Virus record (IMG/VR): IMGVR_UViG_3300039159_000058
Location: 1-52,482 of that record
From: a virus
Taxonomy: Duplodnaviria; Caudoviricetes
Length of the DNA: 52,482 nt
Strand: one strand, 5' to 3'
The notes below the pieces were generated by a model that saw only the letters and a program-made list of their open reading frames with translations, was not told the DNA's origin and did not search any database. Shown here one piece after another: positions 1 through 8,789 of this stretch. The position numbers and the translations under genes were made by a program. Numbering within the stretch: position 1 is the first letter of the stretch; each line of letters opens with the position of its first letter.

Positions 1-81
1 CACCAAATCCACCGAGCCCACCAAATCCACCAAGCCCACCAAATCCACCAAGCCCACCAAATCCACCAAGCCCACCAAACC
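1..81. repeat. Tandem repeat, 18-bp unit CACCAAATCCACCAAGCC (two 9-bp subunits), about 4.5 copies, truncated by window start
   Basis: Read directly; one frame gives (TKSTKP)n ending at TAG 95-97. Confidence 0.95.
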
Positions 82-91
82 ATTAAATTTT

Positions 92-120
92 TGTTAGCTA
101 CTAATTTCTGTTAGTATGTA
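92..120 (+). promoter_or_regulatory. Paired operator-like motif (TGTTAGCTACTA, TGTTAGTATGTA)
   Basis: Copies at 92-103 and 109-120 upstream of the RHH gene; same motif recurs in about ten intergenic regions. Confidence 0.65.
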
Positions 121-166
121 TACATACAAAAGTGCTAAAAAGCTCAAAAATTTGGAGATTTTTCGT

Positions 167-358
167 ATGTCATTACCCAGAGAGTTGATTTATCCCGGCA
201 AACACGGCGTACTTACACGACGTAATATCTTTTTGCCTGTCACATTGGTCGAAGAACTCAAGCTTATTGCGGGTAAGTCCCGGATTTCATACGCCGAGCT
301 CGTGCGCCAAGTGCTGCTCAAGCATGTCAAACAGAGTAAAAACCGAGAGAACCGGTAA
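167..358 (+). CDS. Ribbon-helix-helix (CopG/Arc-like) DNA-binding protein
   Basis: RRNIFLP beta-strand followed by two amphipathic helices (LVEELKLIA; SYAELVRQVL); GGAG SD at 155-158 favours ATG 167 over 116. Confidence 0.7.
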   Translation: MSLPRELIYPGKHGVLTRRNIFLPVTLVEELKLIAGKSRISYAELVRQVLLKHVKQSKNRENR

Positions 359-360
359 AT

Positions 361-885
361 ATGGACCTCGATGAGTTCTTAAAGCCTCTAGACCCCACAA
401 CGGCGGACATCCCCGAAGAGCTTGTGTGGCACATCGCAGCTGGACTTGAGGACGCAAACGATATTGCGCGTCGTTTTGGCTACACCGGAGCTAACTGGAA
501 GCGTTTGAAGAACCACGGCCCCTTTAAGCTCGCAGTAGAGACTCTTCGGGCCGAGTTTGACACCTCGGGGTTTACGTTTAAGCAAAAAATGCGCTTAATG
601 GCGGGGGATTTGGCTGAGCGCGTGTTTATGTCGGCAAAAACCCAAGAGGCTACGGTCGGTCAGGTGATAGAAATATTTAAAACCTTCGCCAAACTAGCTG
701 ATTTAGAGCCCAAGGTCGATAAGTCTGTGGCGGTGGACGCGGGGACTAAGTTTTCTGTGTCGATAAACCTTGGAGGCCAGGGCAGCCCGGCAACAACGAT
801 AGATATCACGCCACAACTGCTCCAGGCGGAGCCCACAGACCCCACAGACATAGAAGAAAACGAAAACACGGGGGACAAGGTATGA
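361..885 (+). CDS. terS: Probable terminase small subunit
   Basis: 174 aa directly upstream of and overlapping TerL; helical N-terminus, acidic disordered tail. Confidence 0.6.
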   Translation: MDLDEFLKPLDPTTADIPEELVWHIAAGLEDANDIARRFGYTGANWKRLKNHGPFKLAVETLRAEFDTSGFTFKQKMRLMAGDLAERVFMSAKTQEATVGQVIEIFKTFAKLADLEPKVDKSVAVDAGTKFSVSINLGGQGSPATTIDITPQLLQAEPTDPTDIEENENTGDKV

Positions 886-2282
886 ACGATGTGCAATATA
901 CCCCTCCGGAGTCTTTAATACCTTATTTGAAGTCAGATTCGTTTATAAATCTTATCGTGGGCCCCGTGGGCTCGGGCAAAACGACAGCCTCGATTATGAA
1001 GATTGTCTACGAGTCTAGGCGAGTCAAGGCGTGCACCGATGGCGTTAGGCGCTCCAGAGCAATTGTTGTGCGAAATACGTCTCAAGTTTTGCGAGACACC
1101 ACAATTCCCGATTTTATGAGCTGGCTACCAGATGGCATCGCTGGCGTGTATCAAAAGTCGGAGTACAAGTTTCGGTTAAGTTTTGACGATGTTGAGTGCG
1201 AAGTTTTGTTCCGAGGCTTAGATGATTCTAACGACGTGAGGCGTTTACTGTCCCTACAAGCGACTTTCGGTATTTTTGACGAGTATCGTGAGATTAATCA
1301 AGACATCTTTAACGCACTCCAAGGACGTATCGGTCGCTACCCCAGCAAAGCCATGAACGGCGTTGGGGCGTGTGATGACAAGGGGAACCAAATCGATAAG
1401 ATTTGGGGCGCAACTAACCCCCCGGATATGGGGACCTTTTGGGAAGAGTACCTCTCGGATCCACCGGCCAACGCACAAATCTTTTTCCAGCCCTCGGGGC
1501 TCTCGGCTCAGGCGGATTGGGCGCAGTACCTCAAGGATGATTATTACGAGAACTTGATCCTTGGCAAATCCGAAGACTGGATCGATGTATACGTGCATGC
1601 CAAGTTCGGTAAGAGCCTAAGCGGACAGCCAGTCTTTAGGGCGTTTGATGCCGATGTGCACGTAGCCAAGGGGCCACTAAACCACATAAAAGCTGCAACC
1701 TATCCGCTCATAATCGGCCATGACTTTGGGCTAACACCGGCTTGCACGATTAGCCAGATGGACCCCTTTGGTCGATTTATCACTTTAGCCGAGCTCACCT
1801 CAGAGGGCATGGGAGAGCTTAGATTTGTTAGAGAAAAACTCAAGCCCTTGCTCTCGCAAAGGTTCGCGGGTATGCCTGTCTTAGTGGTCGGAGATCCCGC
1901 GGGACAGCAACGCGCACAGACCGATGAGCGCTCAGTCTTTGACATCTTACGCCAAGAAGGCTTCAGAGTAATCGCAGCCAAGACCAACTCCATATCGGCC
2001 CGTATAAACGCCGTGGACAGCTGGCTCACACGTATGGCAGATGGTAAACCAGCGATGCTAATCGACCCCTCGTGTCGCTCGTTAATTAACGCACTGCGGG
2101 GTAACTATCGATACAAAATACGCACCAACGGCGAGGCTGACGACAAGCCTGAGAAAAACTACGCCTCACACCTAGCCGATTCCTTTCAGTACGCGTGCCT
2201 ACATGCTGACGTTAACGTGACGGGCGATTTGTTAGCCCAAAAAGTTAGACCCGTACAAAAAATTAAATATCTCTGGAGTTAA
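882..2282 (+). CDS. terL: Terminase large subunit
   Basis: Walker A GPVGSGKT, Walker B IFDE, motif III ATNP, nuclease IIGHDFG and SHLADS. Confidence 0.95.
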   Translation: MNDVQYTPPESLIPYLKSDSFINLIVGPVGSGKTTASIMKIVYESRRVKACTDGVRRSRAIVVRNTSQVLRDTTIPDFMSWLPDGIAGVYQKSEYKFRLSFDDVECEVLFRGLDDSNDVRRLLSLQATFGIFDEYREINQDIFNALQGRIGRYPSKAMNGVGACDDKGNQIDKIWGATNPPDMGTFWEEYLSDPPANAQIFFQPSGLSAQADWAQYLKDDYYENLILGKSEDWIDVYVHAKFGKSLSGQPVFRAFDADVHVAKGPLNHIKAATYPLIIGHDFGLTPACTISQMDPFGRFITLAELTSEGMGELRFVREKLKPLLSQRFAGMPVLVVGDPAGQQRAQTDERSVFDILRQEGFRVIAAKTNSISARINAVDSWLTRMADGKPAMLIDPSCRSLINALRGNYRYKIRTNGEADDKPEKNYASHLADSFQYACLHADVNVTGDLLAQKVRPVQKIKYLWS

Positions 2283-2324
2283 TATGTTAGTATCTGTAAA
2301 TTACGTTAGTAACTATGAGACCGC

Positions 2325-4457
2325 ATGCAGGGTATAAACATAACCTCATCAAGCGCACCCGGGTCAAAAATGATCGGCGGGCTTGTCGCTGTCAAATCTA
2401 ACAGTCAGTTACGCGCCGAGCAGCGCGCCCAAGCACAAGCGTTAAACGCAGACCCCGTTGTTCAAAACTTAACGACCTATATTCGCGGTAAATGGATGAT
2501 GGCGCGAATGGCCAAGATGACTTGGGTCGAAGAGCGTATGTACAAATCCGTGCGCGCCCGTCGAGGCGAGTACGACCCCTCGTTACTGGCTCAGATCGCG
2601 GAGCAAGGCGGGACTCAGATCTACATGTACCTCACCTCAAATAAGTGCCGAGCAGCCTCGAGTTGGCTGCGTGACGTGCTCCTGGGGAATAACCAAGATA
2701 AGCCCTGGACAATTGAGCCAAACCCGGTCCCAGATATGCAGCCCACGGTGTTAGCCGGGCTCGTTGAGCGGGCACAAGAGCAGCTCCTACAGGCGCTATC
2801 GAGTGGGGCTAACCCCACCAAAGAAGAGACCAAACAACTACTCCTATCGCTCAAAGATGAGGCCACGCGCCAGCAACGAACAATTGCCGAGCACACCATC
2901 GAGCGCATGGAAAAAAAGATGGAATCCCAGATGCTTGACGGGGGTTGGTCGCGAGCGTTTACGCAGTTTATTGACGACTTAACGACATTCCCCTCAGCGA
3001 TATTAAAAGGGCCTGTGGTCAGAAAACGTCAGGCACTAAAGTGGATAGCTAACCCCGAGGACCCCACGGACTACGTACTAGACACCCAAGAGCAACTAAA
3101 GCTTGAGTGGGAGCGCGTAGATCCCTTTATGGTCTATCCAGCCCCTGATGCCTCCGATATCGATGAGGGCGCGTTTATTGAGCGCCATCAAATGGCTCGC
3201 TCCGATTTACTGGCCTTGGTCGGTGTTGACGGGTACTCAGAGCCCGCGATTCGACAGGTACTAGAGGAATATGGTCGCGGGGGCTTACGAGAGTGGATAT
3301 ACGCGGACGCAGCCAAACTCTCAGCCGAGGGCAAAAACACGATTGGGGCTCAAACAAACCCGTCAGAGTTAATTGACGCGTTGCAGTTTTGGGGCTCAGT
3401 GCAAGGCAGCTTGCTAATCGAGTGGGGGCTTACGGAGCAAGAAATACCCGACCCCACCAAAGAATACCCCATAGAAGCTTGGCTCATAGGCACATGGATT
3501 ATTAAGGCCGTAGTTAACCCCGACCCACTGGGTAGAAAACCGTACTACAAAGCATCTTGGGAGGAAATTCCTGGCGTGTTTTGGGGTAACTCAGTAGCCG
3601 ATTTGGCCCGTGACACACAAAACGTTTGTAACGCAGCCGCTCGGGCTCTAGTTAACAACATGGCCTTGGCCAGTGGACCACAAGTGGTCTACAACATAGA
3701 TCGATTGCCACAGGGCGAGAACATCACACAGCTCTTTCCGTGGAAAGTCTGGCAAGTAACCTCAGACCCGATGAATGGCGGGGCGCGTCCGATAGACTTT
3801 TACCAACCCACCAGTATGGCTCAAGAGCTCATGGCAATCTATGAGCGCTTCTCGACTTTGGCCGATGAGTACACGGGCATTCCACGCTACATGATGGGCG
3901 GTCAAGCTCCTGGAGGCGCGGGCAGAACAGCCTCGGGCATGTCCATGATGATGAATAACGCGGGTAAAAACATCAAACAAGTTATTGCAAACATTGATGA
4001 ACGCGTGCTGTCTCCATCGGTGGCTCGGTTGTATTACATGAACATGCGCTACGGCGATGACAAAGAGCTCAAGGGCGACATTAACGTAGTGGCCCGAGGC
4101 GTGTCAGGGTTGTTGGCCAAGGAAGCTGCGCAGATGCGACGCAATGAGTTCTTACAAGTCGCCCTAAGTAGTCCTGTGGCGCAGCAAATCATTGGCCCTG
4201 AGGGCATTGCGTACCTATTGCGTCAAATGGCCTCAACGCTTGAGATGAACCCTGATGACTTGGTGCCCACAGATGATGTGGTTAAGGCACGAATAATGAA
4301 GATGCAGCAAGAGCAGATGATGGCAGCGCAGGGAGCACCGGGAGCACCGGGTGGCCAAGGCCCTCAAATGCAAGCCCCAGCAGACCCTAGCGCTCAATTG
4401 CCGGGCGGTGCGCCCGTTGTAAATATGATGCCAAGCAATGGACAAGCGGTTAAATAG
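2325..4457 (+). CDS. Portal (head-tail connector) protein
   Basis: 710 aa after TerL; podovirus portal-like RTASG motif; Q/P/G-rich C-terminal tail. Confidence 0.88.
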   Translation: MQGINITSSSAPGSKMIGGLVAVKSNSQLRAEQRAQAQALNADPVVQNLTTYIRGKWMMARMAKMTWVEERMYKSVRARRGEYDPSLLAQIAEQGGTQIYMYLTSNKCRAASSWLRDVLLGNNQDKPWTIEPNPVPDMQPTVLAGLVERAQEQLLQALSSGANPTKEETKQLLLSLKDEATRQQRTIAEHTIERMEKKMESQMLDGGWSRAFTQFIDDLTTFPSAILKGPVVRKRQALKWIANPEDPTDYVLDTQEQLKLEWERVDPFMVYPAPDASDIDEGAFIERHQMARSDLLALVGVDGYSEPAIRQVLEEYGRGGLREWIYADAAKLSAEGKNTIGAQTNPSELIDALQFWGSVQGSLLIEWGLTEQEIPDPTKEYPIEAWLIGTWIIKAVVNPDPLGRKPYYKASWEEIPGVFWGNSVADLARDTQNVCNAAARALVNNMALASGPQVVYNIDRLPQGENITQLFPWKVWQVTSDPMNGGARPIDFYQPTSMAQELMAIYERFSTLADEYTGIPRYMMGGQAPGGAGRTASGMSMMMNNAGKNIKQVIANIDERVLSPSVARLYYMNMRYGDDKELKGDINVVARGVSGLLAKEAAQMRRNEFLQVALSSPVAQQIIGPEGIAYLLRQMASTLEMNPDDLVPTDDVVKARIMKMQQEQMMAAQGAPGAPGGQGPQMQAPADPSAQLPGGAPVVNMMPSNGQAVK

Positions 4458-4463
4458 GCTATT

Positions 4464-4495
4464 TGTTAGCTAGTAATTGTATTTGTTAGTATGTA
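4464..4495 (+). promoter_or_regulatory. Paired operator-like motif upstream of head-gene operon
   Basis: TGTTAGCTAGTA 4464-4475 and TGTTAGTATGTA 4484-4495, followed by TGnTAAATT extended -10 candidate at 4499-4507. Confidence 0.6.
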
Positions 4496-4547
4496 ATATG
4501 GTAAATTAGTGTATATACGCATAGTAACTTACTAAACGGAGGCCAAA

Positions 4548-4742
4548 ATGGCTGATATTTTTAACACACTTAAACGTGGCAACAAAGAATTAGCGCAAGA
4601 ATCCGCTAAAACAGACGGCTTATGTAAGGGTGGTTCACCAGGCGTGAGTGGCGGCAATACATCGACATTTGGCACTTTAAAGGGCCATGCAGGTGGTGAG
4701 TATAAGCAAGAGTGCGCCAAAGTAGACGGAATGTGTAAATAA
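4548..4742 (+). CDS. Small hypothetical protein with duplicated ExxQExAKxDGxCK motif
   Basis: GGAGG SD; 64 aa; motif near both ends separated by a Gly-rich linker. Confidence 0.75.
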   Translation: MADIFNTLKRGNKELAQESAKTDGLCKGGSPGVSGGNTSTFGTLKGHAGGEYKQECAKVDGMCK

Positions 4743-4745
4743 ATA

Positions 4746-4976
4746 ATGATTCGAGTAGACGATCGTGTTGCTCGCGCCTTAGCACAACTGCGTAATCCAG
4801 AGATGGCTCCATTTACGGAGTATCTAAAGAACCAGAGGCTAGAGAAGCTTGAGCAACTAACTACGGCTACTTCGGAACAACAAATTTACCGCCTCCAAGG
4901 AGAAGCGGGATTAATCAAGGAACTTCTTGCATTAATCACAGGGGCAGAAGCCCTACTCCTGAAACTTAAAAAGTAG
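4746..4976 (+). CDS. Small conserved head-region protein (between portal and scaffold)
   Basis: 76 aa helical; IYRLQGEA motif; typical podovirus position. Confidence 0.7.
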   Translation: MIRVDDRVARALAQLRNPEMAPFTEYLKNQRLEKLEQLTTATSEQQIYRLQGEAGLIKELLALITGAEALLLKLKK

Positions 4977-5049
4977 TAGCACACCGAGCATCACGAGTGC
5001 ATAGTCCGCTTAAAGCGCGGAGTCGGAGCTAACTATCGGAGATATAGAG

Positions 5050-6045
5050 ATGGCTAATTTACCAGCAGCGGTGCAAGCCCAAATTGATGAGGCAGATCGT
5101 ATTGTGAGTTTGTTAAACACAGACCCACAACCCCCTGAGCAACAAAGCATCGACACACAGGCAGAGCAAGCTCAGCTTCAAAGTAAGCCAGAGGAGCAGA
5201 TAGCACAGCAGCAAAGTTTGGAAGAGATCCCCACGCTCGAGCAAAAGGATACCAAACGACAAGGTAAAAATACCTCAGATTCTGAGGAGACATGGGAGCA
5301 ACGCTACCGGTCTTTAAACGGAATGTATAACGCGGACATGCCAAGGCTTCAAGCCCAGGTAAAGGAGATGACCTCACAAGTTCAGATCCTCATGTCGGAG
5401 TTAGAACAGGAGCGTAATAAACCTGTAGAGAGTAAGCCCGTATCGAATATCACCGATGAGGACCGTGAAACTTTTGGTCCGGATCTTGTAGAGCTAATTG
5501 AACGTGCAGCAGAGGGGAAAGTCGCAACTTTAAGGGACCGCGAAAAAACTCTCATAGCGCAGATTGAGGCTTTTGAGAAACGGCTAGGCATGGTAACTGA
5601 ACGGCAAGTCGAATCTGAGCGGGATCGGTTCATAAACGGACTGAACTCATTAGCCCCGAACTGGGAAGCGTTAAACGTGGACCAAGGTTTTATGTCGTGG
5701 CTCTCAGAGATTGATCCAATTTATGGGGTGTCTCGTCAAGCGGCTTTAAACACTGCTTACGAAGCCTCAGACGCAAACCGAGTGGCACAAATTTTTAACA
5801 TCTACTCCGGCATGCGGGCCCCAGTTGCGCAGCAAAGAAACAACCAAGAGCTTAAACGTCAGATAGCGCCGAGCACTTCACGTGGATCAGCGGCTCCGAT
5901 TGAGCAGAACAATACAAAGATTTTTTCCTCACGGGAAATTGAACAGTTCTACAACGATTGGCGACGCGGAGACATCACAGAGGACGAGGCGGCTCGTATT
6001 GAACGCGAAATTAATGCTGCTGCTGCGGAGGGACGTATCCGCTAG
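5050..6045 (+). CDS. Capsid scaffolding protein
   Basis: Acidic Q/E-rich coiled coil immediately before capsid gene; C-terminal AAAEGRIR capsid-binding-type helix. Confidence 0.8.
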   Translation: MANLPAAVQAQIDEADRIVSLLNTDPQPPEQQSIDTQAEQAQLQSKPEEQIAQQQSLEEIPTLEQKDTKRQGKNTSDSEETWEQRYRSLNGMYNADMPRLQAQVKEMTSQVQILMSELEQERNKPVESKPVSNITDEDRETFGPDLVELIERAAEGKVATLRDREKTLIAQIEAFEKRLGMVTERQVESERDRFINGLNSLAPNWEALNVDQGFMSWLSEIDPIYGVSRQAALNTAYEASDANRVAQIFNIYSGMRAPVAQQRNNQELKRQIAPSTSRGSAAPIEQNNTKIFSSREIEQFYNDWRRGDITEDEAARIEREINAAAAEGRIR

Positions 6046-6101
6046 TAACAAACCCAATGTGGTAGTGGCGAATCTTTTATCTTAAACCTAAAGGAGACGT
6101 C

Positions 6102-7106
6102 ATGTCTAACATTACCCCAGCTCAGACTTACCCAGTAAACCCCGGTGGCTTTAACACTCCCGGTGGCTTAGTACCCTACTCAGGTGCCCCATATTCAGGC
6201 ACTTTTATTCCTGCACTTTGGTCAGGCAAATTAGCGCAAAAGTTCTACGCCGCTACCGTTTTTGGTGAAATTGCAAATACCGACTATCAAGGCGATATCG
6301 CGGGCATGGGCGACACAGTCATCATCAACACCATTCCTACTATCACCGTTAGTGATTACAAGATTGGTCAAAACCTTAACTACGAAACCCCACCCGGTTC
6401 AACCATTCAAATGGTTATCGATCAGGGTAAGTACTTTGGTGTGAACGTTAACAGCGTATTTGAGCTCCAGGCAAAACCACGTTTGATGGACATATTCACA
6501 AACGACGCCTCAATGCAGATGAAAATTAAGATTGATTCTGACATCTTGCGCGGCACTTTTAACAAAGGCGCAGCGTACAACCAAGGCTCTAGCGCGGGTA
6601 AGATTTCAGGCACTTTTAACTTAGGCACCGATTTAGCACCAGTTGCTTTGTCAGCATCTAACATCCTGCAAACCATTACAGCGCTTAGTTCTGTACTCGA
6701 TGAGGCTAACGTTCCCGAAACGGATCGTTGGTTAGTACTCACGCCTACAGAGCGTCAAGTTCTTATGCAATCTAACTTAGCACAAGCACAGTTCATGGGC
6801 GACGCATCGAGCATCTTGCGTAACGGCAGAATTGGTGTCATCGATCGTTTCACGGTTTATGTCTCTAACTTGTTACCCCGTGCTGAGGCAGGTAAAGACT
6901 GGTACGGCGCAGCTTCTGCCGGAACCGTTAAGCGTCACGCTATGGTTGCAGGTCATCGTTCAGGCATCACGTTTGCTTCGCAAATCGCCAAAGTCGAGAC
7001 CTTACAAAACCCTAACGACTTCGGTACGTTAGTTCGTGGCCTAAATGTCTTTGGCTATCAAGTTGTGCAAAAAGACGCGTTGGCTTGTTGCCTCGTAGCT
7101 GACTAA
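6102..7106 (+). CDS. Major capsid protein
   Basis: 334 aa; FIPALWSGKL and GDTVII motifs; AAGGAG SD; followed by a strong hairpin. Confidence 0.92.
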   Translation: MSNITPAQTYPVNPGGFNTPGGLVPYSGAPYSGTFIPALWSGKLAQKFYAATVFGEIANTDYQGDIAGMGDTVIINTIPTITVSDYKIGQNLNYETPPGSTIQMVIDQGKYFGVNVNSVFELQAKPRLMDIFTNDASMQMKIKIDSDILRGTFNKGAAYNQGSSAGKISGTFNLGTDLAPVALSASNILQTITALSSVLDEANVPETDRWLVLTPTERQVLMQSNLAQAQFMGDASSILRNGRIGVIDRFTVYVSNLLPRAEAGKDWYGAASAGTVKRHAMVAGHRSGITFASQIAKVETLQNPNDFGTLVRGLNVFGYQVVQKDALACCLVAD

Positions 7107-7118
7107 GTAGTCTTCATG

Positions 7119-7153
7119 GGTGGGGACTAATCCTAGTCCCCACCGTTACTTCT
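7119..7153 (+). terminator. Hairpin/probable intrinsic terminator after capsid gene
   Basis: Perfect 11-bp stem GGTGGGGACTA-ATCC-TAGTCCCCACC (7119-7144), weak U tract GTTACTTCT. Confidence 0.7.
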
Positions 7154-7159
7154 TGGAGC

Positions 7160-7453
7160 ATGAGCATGACAAAGAAGAAATTAAAAGTGGCAGATAAAAA
7201 CTGTTTTATGACATCGGACGACGAGTCTGACGATCAAAAAAATATGTCCATGTTAGTAAGCGTGGGTTTTACACCGCTGCAAGTAGAAGCTATGATTGCT
7301 GTTGTCAGTAACACAGCACCACCGTCGCTTATGGTTAGCTGCGGGTTTTGGCCCGCCATCGCGGAAAAATTTAGTGATTACGACAAACTCACCAGCGACG
7401 ACTTAACGCGCGCAGGGTTCTCACAGGCGCAAGTTCAGGCCATAGCTATATGA
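7160..7453 (+). CDS. Hypothetical protein
   Basis: 97-aa ORF with GGAG SD, coupled to the next gene; repeated GF(T/S)xxQVxA motif. Confidence 0.6.
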   Translation: MSMTKKKLKVADKNCFMTSDDESDDQKNMSMLVSVGFTPLQVEAMIAVVSNTAPPSLMVSCGFWPAIAEKFSDYDKLTSDDLTRAGFSQAQVQAIAI

Positions 7454-8139
7454 ATTTAGTAATGGCCAAGAGCATTATTGACCGAGCCGCTATTCAGCTA
7501 ACGGACTTACAGTCCATTCGTTGGACGCGCGCGGAGTTGCTCGATTGGGTCAGTGACGCTCAGAGTCAGATCGCAGTGTTGGCGCCCTCGGCCACTAGCA
7601 CTGTAGACGTAGTTGAGCTAGATACAGGCACACGACAATCGTTGCCCGAAAAAGCATGGATGCTCTTAGCCGTGTATCGCAACATTGTGTTGGGTGTTGA
7701 TTTCAGAGAACAGCCCGGACGCGCAGTGCAGCTCGTGTCTCGAAGCGTTTTGGATCGTTTTGACCCAAATTGGCACAACTCCAAGCCTAGCGCGCAGACG
7801 ATTAACTACCTGTACGACGTGCAAGAACCTAGAACTTTTTGGGTATACCCCCCAAGTAATGGGCGAGGAATGTTAGAGCTGTCTTACTCAGTAGATCCAG
7901 ACGCACTAAAGCTCGAGACGCAGACATTAACTGTGCAATCTGTGTATCACCCAGCAGTGCTTGATTACGTTTTATTTAGAGCATGTAGTAAAGATGCCGA
8001 GTACGCGCCCGGGCTGCAATTGGCGCAAGGATATATGACATCTTTCATGAACAGCGTAGCGGGTAAAACGGCTATGGAAGATAAAAATACGCCTGTGCTT
8101 ATTAACCAGCAAAATCAAACACGCGGGGTGGGTTCTTGA
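7450..8139 (+). CDS. Head-tail adaptor / tail tubular protein A-like
   Basis: RWTRAELLDW and FWVYPP motifs; position after capsid. Confidence 0.75.
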   Translation: MNLVMAKSIIDRAAIQLTDLQSIRWTRAELLDWVSDAQSQIAVLAPSATSTVDVVELDTGTRQSLPEKAWMLLAVYRNIVLGVDFREQPGRAVQLVSRSVLDRFDPNWHNSKPSAQTINYLYDVQEPRTFWVYPPSNGRGMLELSYSVDPDALKLETQTLTVQSVYHPAVLDYVLFRACSKDAEYAPGLQLAQGYMTSFMNSVAGKTAMEDKNTPVLINQQNQTRGVGS

Positions 8140-8789
8140 GCTACGACAATCGAGTGCCCTACGAGAAATTCTTACCCGATCTGACACAATACGTGCCCGA
8201 TGTGCCTGAGGTCGTGGCAATTAATGCGCTAAGAAACGCTGCAATTGAGTTTTGCGAACGCACACGCATATGGCAATTTGACATGGACGCCATGTTAATC
8301 ATCAAAGGCGTTAACACCTACGAGATCGATGTAACGCAGGGCATAAAGTTTGTTGATATTTCATTTGGCTACTACGCGGATAAGCTTCTTGTTCCTAAGT
8401 CAGCGGATGAACTAACCACGCTATACAGATGGACTGATTGGCGCACGCTTGAAGCGGAGCCAGCATTTATTACACGCATAGCAGCTAGGGAGGTGATGAT
8501 CGTCCCGACCCCTAAATTTGGCGGTGGCAAGGTGAGTGTTCGTGCCTCTTTTGCCCCGACTCGGGACTCATCAAGTGTAGGCGTAGATGTGTATGAGAAC
8601 TACACGGAAATTATCTGCCACGGTGCTCGTGCAAGACTTTACAACACCCCAATGCAGCCTTACTACGACAGACAAACAGCGGCAGAGTTTGAGAAAAAGT
8701 TTCGCGTCGGTATCACCGAAGTGCGAACGCTAGTCAATAAATCACTCACGCGTACATCTAATAGAGTTGAATTTCAGAGGATTATATGA
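8136..8789 (+). CDS. Second adaptor-like virion structural protein
   Basis: AAIEFCERTRIW motif; TTG start overlapping the previous stop. Confidence 0.7.
   Translation: MSYDNRVPYEKFLPDLTQYVPDVPEVVAINALRNAAIEFCERTRIWQFDMDAMLIIKGVNTYEIDVTQGIKFVDISFGYYADKLLVPKSADELTTLYRWTDWRTLEAEPAFITRIAAREVMIVPTPKFGGGKVSVRASFAPTRDSSSVGVDVYENYTEIICHGARARLYNTPMQPYYDRQTAAEFEKKFRVGITEVRTLVNKSLTRTSNRVEFQRII

Noticed and set aside
1-81. CRISPR array, Chi cluster or telomere at the window ends
   Set aside because: Units are contiguous with no spacers. The minus strand gives GCTTGGTGG, not Chi GCTGGTGG. Left and right arrays differ in sequence, and no protelomerase or terminal-protein polymerase is seen.
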